From: Terriglobales bacterium
Lineage (GTDB): Bacteria > Acidobacteriota > Terriglobia > Terriglobales > Acidobacteriaceae
DNA length: 64,000 nt
Reading direction: 5' to 3'
NCBI GenBank assembly: GCA_035543055.1
Contig: DATKKJ010000054.1
Span: 1,716 to 65,715, forward strand
This document shows positions 1 through 9,892 of the stretch, one piece after another. The first letter of the stretch is position 1. Each line of letters begins with the position of its first letter. The notes beneath the pieces are model-generated. The model saw only the letters and a list, made by a program, of their open reading frames with translations, was not told the DNA's origin and searched no databases. Position numbers and translations under genes: made by a program.

Positions 1-39
1 GGCAGCCACTGACCCCGGGCTCCTCGAAAGGAGGATGTC

Positions 40-606
40 ATGAACGCACTACTGGGCAAGATCACCTGGGAAATGCTGGCCTTTGTCCTGATCTCCCCCT
101 TCATCGCGCTGGGATACGACGCCCTGGGGCGCCCTGAGTTCTTCGGCGCCGCCCTCGCCGTCGCTCTGCTGTGCTACGGCATCCTCCGCCGGCTGGAAGG
201 GAAGGCGCGGCGGCTGCTGATCGCGCCCCTCGGCATGTCGGCGGTCGGCATCATCCATCAGCTCGCCAACCTGAATACCTCCGAGCGCCTGTACCTGGAG
301 AACTCCAGCAAGCTGTTTTTTGTGCCCATGTTCCTGTTCGTCTCCATGCTCGCCGCTCCCACCCTCGCCAACGTCAGCGGCAACGTCTTCAAGTACACCT
401 CGCTGGTCCTGCTGCTGACCGGTATCCTGCCCGGCGATGCGTACCTCTACTTTGTGGCAATGCTACCAGTGCTGTTGTTCATGGCCATGATCATCGCCCT
501 CCCCATCGACCTCATCACGATGGAGCAGGAGAGCAAAGCCAAGCCCGCCAACGGCGTCCGCCCCGCGCCTCCTCCGATTCCTCCTTCGCCTCAAGTCGCC
601 CATTGA
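40..606 (+). CDS. hypothetical multi-pass membrane protein with Pro-rich C-terminus
   Basis: 188-aa ORF with several hydrophobic helices. An intrinsic terminator follows. No family recognised. Confidence 0.55.
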   Translation: MNALLGKITWEMLAFVLISPFIALGYDALGRPEFFGAALAVALLCYGILRRLEGKARRLLIAPLGMSAVGIIHQLANLNTSERLYLENSSKLFFVPMFLFVSMLAAPTLANVSGNVFKYTSLVLLLTGILPGDAYLYFVAMLPVLLFMAMIIALPIDLITMEQESKAKPANGVRPAPPPIPPSPQVAH

Positions 607-623
607 ACCCGGCTGGCTTACGT

Positions 624-658
624 AGGCCGGGCGTCTCGCCCGGCCTTCTTTCTTTTGG
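624..658 (+). terminator. Rho-independent terminator
   Basis: Stem AGGCCGGGCG / CGCCCGGCCT with loop TCT, followed by TCTTTCTTTTGG. Confidence 0.65.
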
Positions 659-682
659 CGCGGCCGCCCTCGGCTGCGCCCT

Positions 683-2069
<1,387 letters not shown>

Positions 2070-2236
2070 GCTGCGCACCATGTACTGGCTCTTGATTCCG
2101 GCGATCTTGGTGCTCACGGCGGTTCACATCTTCCGCCGCGCACGCTCTCGCCCGCGCCGCCGCCGCACTCCCCACACCTACATCCCGCCCTGTATCGAGA
2201 AATAATGCTAGTGGACAGCGCTATTGCTTCCCACCT

Positions 2237-2278
2237 GTCATCCTGAGCGAGCGCGCCTCGTGCGAGTCGAAGGACCCC
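2237..2278 (+). repeat. REP/MITE-like intergenic element (GTCATCCTGAGCGAG...GAGTCGAAGGACCCC)
   Basis: The same termini occur inverted at 7481-7539. Related motifs occur at 20416-20428 and 40650-40728. Confidence 0.65.
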
Positions 2279-2323
2279 TATCGCCACGGCACGGTTCCTT
2301 CTTCATTTACAATCCTCACGCTT

Positions 2324-3970
2324 ATGGCCCGTCCAAAACCTGTCGTCCTCACCATCCTCGACGGCTGGGGATATGCCCCTCCATCGAACGCCAATGCCAT
2401 CTCGCTCGCCCGCAAGCCGAACTACGACAAGCTGCTCGCCGAATTCCCCAACACCCTCATCCACACCAGCGGACGCTACGTCGGCCTGCCCACCGGCCAG
2501 ATGGGCAACAGTGAGGTCGGACACCTCAACATCGGCGCCGGCCGCATCGTGTATATGGACATCACCCGCATCGACATGATGATCGAGAACGGCGAGTTCC
2601 TCTCTCATCCCATTCTCCTCGCGGCCATCAAGCACGCCCGCAGCGGCGGGCGCCGCCTGCATCTGTTCGGCCTGCTTTCCGACGGCGGCGTGCATTCTCA
2701 CCAGAACCATCTCTATGCGCTTCTCCGCATGGCCAAGCAGAACGGCGTGGACCGCGTCTTCGTGCACGCCTTCATGGATGGCCGCGACACCCCGCCCAAC
2801 TCCGGCGCCGGATTCCTGGAGCAGCTCCAGCAGCAGATGCGCCAGATCGGGGTCGGCAAGATCGCCAGCGTCAGCGGCCGCTATTACGCCATGGACCGCG
2901 ACAAGCGCTGGGAGCGCGAGGCCAAGGCCTTCAGTGCCATGGTGGAAGGGAAGGGCGAAGCCGGGACCTACGTCGATCCCGTCCAGGGCATGAAGGATTC
3001 CTACAACAAAGGCGTCACCGACGAGTTCGTCATCCCCTTCGTCTGCGTGGACAACCGCGGCGAGCCCCTCGCCACCATCCGCGACGACGACGCGTGCGTC
3101 ATGTACAACTTCCGCGCCGACCGCGCCCGCCAGATCACCCGCTGTCTCTGCCGCAACTCACACTTGACCGCGCAGGACGGCCGCAACCTCCCTGACAGCG
3201 AGGGCCTCGACGCCGCCATCTCCCGCCAGCGCGTCCCCAAGAACCTGCACTACGTCTGCCTGACCCAGTACGACAAGCTGTTCACGCTGCCGGTGGTCGT
3301 GCCGCCGGAATCACTCACCAACATCCTGGCCAACGTGATGGCGCAACTGAACCTGCGCAACCTGCGCGTTGCCGAGACCGAGAAGTACGCCCACGTCACC
3401 TACTTCTTCAACGGCGGCGTCGAGCAGCCTTTTCCTGGTGAGGACCGCGTCCTGGTGCAATCGCCCAAGGTCGCCACGTACGACTTGAAGCCGGAGATGT
3501 CCGCCGAAGGCATCGCCGATGCCGTGGTCAAGGCGGTGGAAGGGAACACCTTCGACGTGATTGTGATGAACTTCGCCAACGCCGACATGGTCGGCCACTC
3601 GGGCAAGATCCCGCCCACCATCAAGGCGGTGGAGACCGTGGACGCCTGCATCGGGCGCATCTACAACGCCGTCCGCCGGCGTGGCGGCGCCATGCTCATC
3701 ACCGCCGACCACGGCAACGCGGAGCTCATGATCGATCCCGCGACCGGCGGGCCGCACACCTACCACACCACCAATCCCGTTCCCTTCATCCTGGTCAGCG
3801 AAGACGCCCAGCGCGTTGCCCTTCGTCCCGACGGCGCGCTCCAGGACATCTCGCCCACTATCCTCTCCATCCTCGGCATCCCACAACCAAAAGAAATGAC
3901 GGGCCGGTCACTGGCCAGTCTGAAATCTGAGATCACAAATCGCAAATCACAAATCACAAATCAGCAATGA
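2324..3970 (+). CDS. gpmI: 2,3-bisphosphoglycerate-independent phosphoglycerate mutase
   Basis: 548-aa ORF with iPGM-like motifs ([34 protein letters not shown]). The last ~15 codons lie in a heptamer repeat. Confidence 0.95.
   Translation: MARPKPVVLTILDGWGYAPPSNANAISLARKPNYDKLLAEFPNTLIHTSGRYVGLPTGQMGNSEVGHLNIGAGRIVYMDITRIDMMIENGEFLSHPILLAAIKHARSGGRRLHLFGLLSDGGVHSHQNHLYALLRMAKQNGVDRVFVHAFMDGRDTPPNSGAGFLEQLQQQMRQIGVGKIASVSGRYYAMDRDKRWEREAKAFSAMVEGKGEAGTYVDPVQGMKDSYNKGVTDEFVIPFVCVDNRGEPLATIRDDDACVMYNFRADRARQITRCLCRNSHLTAQDGRNLPDSEGLDAAISRQRVPKNLHYVCLTQYDKLFTLPVVVPPESLTNILANVMAQLNLRNLRVAETEKYAHVTYFFNGGVEQPFPGEDRVLVQSPKVATYDLKPEMSAEGIADAVVKAVEGNTFDVIVMNFANADMVGHSGKIPPTIKAVETVDACIGRIYNAVRRRGGAMLITADHGNAELMIDPATGGPHTYHTTNPVPFILVSEDAQRVALRPDGALQDISPTILSILGIPQPKEMTGRSLASLKSEITNRKSQITNQQ
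3924..3965. repeat. tandem heptamers (AATCTGA GATCACA AATCGCA AATCACA AATCACA AATCAGC)
   Basis: Read directly. Lies inside the gpmI 3' end and abuts the next gene's ATG. Confidence 0.75.
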
Positions 3971-4956
3971 AAGCCGTCGTTATCTCGCGCCCCGGCGATC
4001 CTGACGTCCTCGAGATTCGCGATGTCAACGCGCCCACGCCTGCGTCCGACGAGGTCCTGGTCCGCGTCCATGCCGCAGGCCTGAATCGCGCCGACCTCCT
4101 GCAGCGCCAGGGACGCTATCCCGCTCCTCCGGGCGCTCCGGCTGACATTCCGGGCCTGGAGTTTGCGGGCGAGGTGGCGCAGCTCGGCGCCAACGCTTCC
4201 CGCTGGACTTCCGGCCGGCGCGTGTTCGGCATCGTCGCCGGCGGCGCCCACGCCGAGTACCTGGCCGCGCATCAGGACACCCTCGTCGAGATTCCCTCCA
4301 ATCTCGACTGGACCTCCGCCGCGGCCATCCCCGAGGTCTTCATCACCGCCCATGACGCCATGTGCGAGCAGGCCGCACTACGCCGCGGAGAGGCCGTGCT
4401 GGTCCACGCCGTGGGCAGCGGCGTCGGCCTTGCCGCCGTGCAATTGGCGCGCGCCTTCGGCGGGATCCCTTACGGCACCGCGCGCACCGCCGACAAGATC
4501 GAGCGCGCCCGTGCACTCGGCCTTGAAGATGGCGTGGTCCTCTCAGGCTCGTTCGATTTGTTACGCGACGCCGCTAAGCGCTGGACCTCAGGCCGCGGCT
4601 TCGACGTAGTCCTCGACTTGGTTGGGGGTCCCTATGTCTCCGCCAGCGTGGACGTGCTGGCTCTTAAGGGCCGCCTCATGCTGATCGCCGCCAGCGCTGG
4701 CAGCCGCGCCGAGTTCGATCTCGCTCGCGCGCTGACACGCCGCATCACCATCCGCGGCACTGTGCTGCGCGCCCGCCCGCTGGAGGAAAAGATCACGGTT
4801 ACCCGCGCCTTCGCTGAGGAAGTGGTTCCGCTTCTTGCGAGTGGGAGGCTGCGTCCCAACATCGACAGCGTTTTCCCCTTCACCGACGTCCGCGCCGCCC
4901 ACGCCCGCCTCGAATCCAACCAGACCTTCGGCAAAGTGGTGCTGGCGTTTCCTTAG
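3967..4956 (+). CDS. NADPH:quinone oxidoreductase / zeta-crystallin-type MDR oxidoreductase
   Basis: 329-aa ORF with MDR fold features ([28 protein letters not shown]). ATGA overlap with the gpmI stop. Confidence 0.85.
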   Translation: MKAVVISRPGDPDVLEIRDVNAPTPASDEVLVRVHAAGLNRADLLQRQGRYPAPPGAPADIPGLEFAGEVAQLGANASRWTSGRRVFGIVAGGAHAEYLAAHQDTLVEIPSNLDWTSAAAIPEVFITAHDAMCEQAALRRGEAVLVHAVGSGVGLAAVQLARAFGGIPYGTARTADKIERARALGLEDGVVLSGSFDLLRDAAKRWTSGRGFDVVLDLVGGPYVSASVDVLALKGRLMLIAASAGSRAEFDLARALTRRITIRGTVLRARPLEEKITVTRAFAEEVVPLLASGRLRPNIDSVFPFTDVRAAHARLESNQTFGKVVLAFP

Positions 4957-5001
4957 GGCCGGTATGGTTTTTTGTTGCCTGGATGCGGAGAAGATGTTTC
5001 C

Positions 5002-5430
5002 ATGAGCGCAATGTCCCGACTACGCTCTCTGGTTCTTATTGCGGCGATGTTCGCCTTTTCACTCCCCGCGTTCGCCCAGCAGCCGCAGGCTCCCGACGCT
5101 CCCTCGGCCGCGAAGAAACCGCCCGCGTCCCACCGCTTCTGGGACAAGACGAATGTCCTGCTCTTCGCCGGCGTGACCGGCGCGCGCTACCTCGACTACG
5201 GCTCCACCATCTGGATGCGCAACCGCGGCGTGGACGAGTGGCTGCTCTCGAACGACATCGTGGACAATCATGCCGCCTTCGCGGCCATCGAATTCGCCGG
5301 CGCGGCCGCGTCGGTAGGCATCTCCTACGCCCTTCACAAGACCGGACACCACACGCTGGAGCGCGTGGTGTCCGTCGTCCACATCGGCGTCGCCACCGGC
5401 GGAGCCATCCGCAACTTCACGCTGCCGTAA
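5002..5430 (+). CDS. hypothetical secreted/membrane protein
   Basis: ORF 4972-5430. The internal start MSAMSRL... gives a signal-peptide-like N-terminus (LIAAMFAFSLPAFAQQ). Confidence 0.5.
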   Translation: MSAMSRLRSLVLIAAMFAFSLPAFAQQPQAPDAPSAAKKPPASHRFWDKTNVLLFAGVTGARYLDYGSTIWMRNRGVDEWLLSNDIVDNHAAFAAIEFAGAAASVGISYALHKTGHHTLERVVSVVHIGVATGGAIRNFTLP

Positions 5431-5433
5431 GCA

Positions 5434-5468
5434 AGGAGTCGGTAGTCAGGAGTTGGCAGTCAGCGGCC
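5434..5468. repeat. tandem heptamers (AGGAGTC GGTAGTC AGGAGTT GGCAGTC AGCGGCC)
   Basis: Read directly. Lies immediately after the stop at 5430. Same RGGAGTC family as 12312-12339. Confidence 0.7.
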
Positions 5469-5490
5469 GTGCCGCGCAGGTCCGGTGTCC

Positions 5491-5525
5491 CTAGCTACTA
5501 ACTACCAGCTACCAGCTACTTCTAC
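5491..5525. repeat. tandem heptamers (CTAGCTA CTAACTA CCAGCTA CCAGCTA CTTCTAC)
   Basis: Read directly. Ends 3 nt before the stop codon (5529-5531) of the minus-strand gene. Confidence 0.7.
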
Positions 5526-5528
5526 GCG

Positions 5529-5852
5529 CTACACCGCGATCAATGCACCCTTGGCGATGCCGTGCATCGTCGAGGTCTCGATGTCGTAGGTGTGCACCTT
5601 CATCTCGGCGTGCACCAGGTGCTGGATCAGCTTGTGCACCTCGCCGTAGTGGGTGCGGTTGTAGCGCTCCGCGTCCTCGCGCGTCTTCCACAGGCTCAGG
5701 GCCAGGATGCCTTCCTTGTCGGAGACGAGCACCAGCTCGTCCACGAATCCGGGCTGCTGCTTCAGCACCGAGAGCACCTTCTCGTGTACCGTGTCGGCGA
5801 CTTCCTTGGCTTTGCCGGTCTTGGTCTTGATCTCCACTACTCGAGCGAACAT
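5529..5852 (-). CDS. ABM (antibiotic biosynthesis monooxygenase)-like small protein
   Basis: 107-aa ORF with a ferredoxin-like beta-alpha-beta pattern (GFVDELVLVSDKEG..ALSLWKTREDAERY). Confidence 0.55.
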   Translation of the reverse strand: MFARVVEIKTKTGKAKEVADTVHEKVLSVLKQQPGFVDELVLVSDKEGILALSLWKTREDAERYNRTHYGEVHKLIQHLVHAEMKVHTYDIETSTMHGIAKGALIAV

Positions 5853-5907
5853 AGAGGCTCCTTGATATGAACTACGTAAACGCTACGCTGGCGGAGGCCG
5901 GAGTGGC

Positions 5908-5923
5908 TGTGACGGGAATCACC
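5908..5923. promoter_or_regulatory. TGTGA-N6-TCACC inverted repeat (CRP/FNR- or Rex-like operator candidate)
   Basis: Sequence tgtgacgggaatcacc, centred ~63 bp upstream of the ABM-like gene start (5852). 9/10 match to TGTGA-N6-TCACA. Confidence 0.4.
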
Positions 5924-5961
5924 GCGGATTGGGTCATTGCGCAGTCGGGCAATCGGGCGAT

Positions 5962-6000
5962 GGATGAAAAGGGAAGCCCCACGTCTCCGCGCGGGGCTTC
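5962..6000 (-). terminator. Rho-independent terminator (minus strand)
   Basis: Stem GAAGCCCC / GGGGCTTC with inner pairs, followed on the minus strand by CCTTTTCAT. Directly downstream of the stop at 6020. Confidence 0.5.
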
Positions 6001-6019
6001 AAGTTGCACGGCCCGGCGA

Positions 6020-6682
6020 CTAGCGGCTGGGCGCCATGGCGGCTAAGCCGCTCCCGACCAGCCTGGCGCTTGCCTTCGTCTGCCACCTTCGCGCCTGGGC
6101 GATGGAGATGAAGTGGAAGATGAGCAGCAGGGGCACGGCAAAGGTGGGGATCAGGCTGAGCGGCGGCGTGGTCATGGCCTCGGTGCTCACCGGGCCCTCA
6201 AACAGGCGCAGCGGGCCGGGTGAGGAGGTCACGCCCAGGGTCACCGCCGTCGCCAGATCGGCGACGCCCAGGAGCTGCCAGGCGATGAACAGGCGTTTGC
6301 GCCCCGCCTGCTCGGTCAGATAGTTCGCGGCCAGCCAGGCGGTAGCGCCGATGAAGATGTCTCCCCAGCCGGCGGGTAGGGCGAAGGCGCCCGGCAGGAT
6401 GCCATGCGCATAGAGGACCAGGAACACGAATCCTCCCAGCCGCCAGCTCTGCACGATGGTCAGAGTGCGCACGTCGAGCGCGTACACGAATCCGCGAAAA
6501 CCCGCAGAGAGCGCGTGCCAGGCCGCGAACAGCAGGATGGGAAGCCCGAGTGCCAGCCCCAGCGGCAGCGGCGGCCTCGGTCCGGCGTGGAACACGCCCA
6601 GTGCGGACGCGGTCAGTGCAATAACAAACCAGGCGGCGACCGCGATGGCCGCCAGTCTCGCGTATTGAGCCCCAGCGTTCAT
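6020..6682 (-). CDS. hypothetical integral membrane protein
   Basis: 220-aa ORF with ~6 hydrophobic helices. Adjacent to and co-oriented with the MarR gene. Confidence 0.6.
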   Translation of the reverse strand: MNAGAQYARLAAIAVAAWFVIALTASALGVFHAGPRPPLPLGLALGLPILLFAAWHALSAGFRGFVYALDVRTLTIVQSWRLGGFVFLVLYAHGILPGAFALPAGWGDIFIGATAWLAANYLTEQAGRKRLFIAWQLLGVADLATAVTLGVTSSPGPLRLFEGPVSTEAMTTPPLSLIPTFAVPLLLIFHFISIAQARRWQTKASARLVGSGLAAMAPSR

Positions 6683-6691
6683 GGTGCCCTC

Positions 6692-7120
6692 CTAAGGGGC
6701 GACGGAAGCGACTCCGTCGGTCAATTCGGTTGAAACCTGCATCAGCTGCCGCCAGCGCTTGCTGCCAAAGCGCGCTGCCAACCGCGCCTGGACGTCCCGC
6801 CAACGCGGGGCGGCGAGCGCAAACTTGCGGCGACCGGCGGACGACAGGCTGAGCCAGCGTTGGCGCCGGTCTGTGCCACGCCGCTCGTGGATCCATCCTT
6901 CATCGGCCAGCAGGCGCAGGGTGCGGGTCAGGGTGGTGCTGTCCGTCACCAGCATGCGCCCCAGCTCGCCTTGCGAGATCTCCCCCGCAAGCGACAAGGC
7001 CTGCAGGACGGTGAACTGGGTGATTCGCAATCCGGCAGGCCGGAGCGCTTCGTCGTAGAGCTGAGTCAGCGCCCGGGAGGCCCGGCGGAAGCTGGCGCAA
7101 AGGCAGGGAAGTGTCTTCAT
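6692..7120 (-). CDS. MarR family transcriptional regulator
   Basis: ORF 6692-7156 with a winged-helix MarR pattern (ITQFTVLQALS..GEISQGELGRMLVTDSTTLTRTLRLLADEGWI). Start placed at MKTLP (7120) because upstream codons are a palindromic operator. Confidence 0.85.
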   Translation of the reverse strand: MKTLPCLCASFRRASRALTQLYDEALRPAGLRITQFTVLQALSLAGEISQGELGRMLVTDSTTLTRTLRLLADEGWIHERRGTDRRQRWLSLSSAGRRKFALAAPRWRDVQARLAARFGSKRWRQLMQVSTELTDGVASVAP

Positions 7121-7126
7121 GGAGAG

Positions 7127-7146
7127 ATAGATGTAGATACATCTAT
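7127..7146. promoter_or_regulatory. perfect 9-2-9 palindrome ATAGATGTA-GA-TACATCTAT (likely MarR operator)
   Basis: Read directly. Lies 7 bp upstream of the marR-family start. AT-rich island in GC-rich DNA. Confidence 0.55.
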
Positions 7147-7196
7147 ATTGATGCAAGAAAAGATTCGTATTTCAGCCGCGGGCGCCTGCGATTGTG

Positions 7197-7254
7197 CCGT
7201 CCCGACGGGACTCGGCACCTTTGCTGAACGGAGACCCAGCACTCCCGTGCTGGG
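7197..7254. repeat. hairpin repeat family (CGTCCCGACGGGACTCGGCACCTTTGCTGAACGG + CCCAGCAC/GTGCTGGG hairpin)
   Basis: Related copies at 31448-31477 and 20371-20415. Confidence 0.55.
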
Positions 7255-7480
7255 CTAAGGTATGCCGCGCCGAGGGCGCTGGTGTTCGCTGTGGTCGGAT
7301 CAGGTGCCCGCCTCTTGCCACCGTGCGACCGCGCGCGACCGAGGGCCGAACGGGTGAGGCCCGGAAGGAGCGCGGCGGGAGCACGGTGACTCTTCGGTGG
7401 TACAGGTGGCCCGCTAGGGGCGAGCGGCTACAACCTCGTTGGGAGAACAGCCGGGAGCGCGTGGGTGTTATCCAGGAGTA

Positions 7481-7539
7481 GGGGTCCTTCGACTCAGCGA
7501 ATCGTCCGCGGGCGGACGATTCGCCTCGCTCAGGATGAC
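7481..7539 (-). repeat. REP/MITE-like element, inverted copy of the 2237-2278 family
   Basis: The reverse complement reads GTCATCCTGAGCGAG-[13-bp-stem hairpin]-GAGTCGAAGGACCCC. Confidence 0.65.
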
Positions 7540-7540
7540 G

Positions 7541-7602
7541 ATTAGAAGAAAAGGCCCGGCGGAGTGCCGGGCCTTTGCGGGCACGGCCGACACGGCCGTG
7601 CC
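7541..7602 (-). terminator. groEL terminator, two hairpins
   Basis: 11-bp stem AAAGGCCCGGC / GCCGGGCCTTT followed on the minus strand by TTTTCTTCT. A second hairpin GGCACGGCC / GGCCGTGCC lies nearer the stop codon. Confidence 0.75.
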
Positions 7603-7614
7603 ACAAGGGTCTGC

Positions 7615-9375
<1,761 letters not shown>

Positions 9376-9708
9376 TTAGCGGCGTGCCGCTGCCTTCTCG
9401 GCTGGCTTGCCTGCGCCATGCACGATCCCGAGCACTTCCTCCTCGCGCATGATGATGAACTCTTCGCCGTCCAGCTTGATCTCAGTGCCCGAGTACTTGC
9501 CGAACAGGATGCGGTCGCCGGCCTTGACGTCGAGCGGCCGGACCTTGCCTTCCTCATTCACTTTGCCCTTGCCAACGGCGATCACTTCGCCCTCCTGCGG
9601 CTTTTCCTTGGCCGTGTCGGGGATGATGATGCCGCCGCGCACCGATTCGCCCTCCTCGATACGCCGTACCAGGATGCGATCGTGCAGGGGAGTCAACTTC
9701 GTAGCCAT
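9376..9708 (-). CDS. groES: co-chaperonin GroES
   Basis: Start trimmed to [16 protein letters not shown] with an AGGAG RBS. Typical GroES length and sequence, with a short basic C-terminal extension. Confidence 0.95.
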   Translation of the reverse strand: MATKLTPLHDRILVRRIEEGESVRGGIIIPDTAKEKPQEGEVIAVGKGKVNEEGKVRPLDVKAGDRILFGKYSGTEIKLDGEEFIIMREEEVLGIVHGAGKPAEKAAARR

Positions 9709-9814
9709 TCGTCTGCTCCTTTCGTGGTTCTTGCTAACTTGTTGTACTTGCAATGTGTTCCGGGCGATTCGCCCGCAGAATGAATCCCAATCTAGGTTGC
9801 CAGCCGGGTGGCTA

Positions 9815-9841
9815 TTAGCACTCCGGCCAAGCGAGTGCTAA
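9815..9841. promoter_or_regulatory. CIRCE operator (HrcA binding site)
   Basis: Exact consensus TTAGCACTC-N9-GAGTGCTAA, about 107 bp upstream of the groES start. Confidence 0.9.
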
Positions 9842-9892
9842 GTGTAAGTAAAGCCCGTCTTGGATGTCAAGGGGTGGGGGGTGGTCGGGCTG

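Noticed and set aside
7351-7388. Possible SRP (4.5S) RNA domain IV: cGGGUGAGGCCC-GGAA-GGAGCGCGG resembles CAGGUCAGGUCC-GGAA-GGAAGCAGCC.
   Set aside because: The highly conserved 3' AGCA element is absent (AGCG, with one A missing). Helix pairing beyond the loop fails, and alternative hairpins are equally stable. Only an Infernal scan could revive this.
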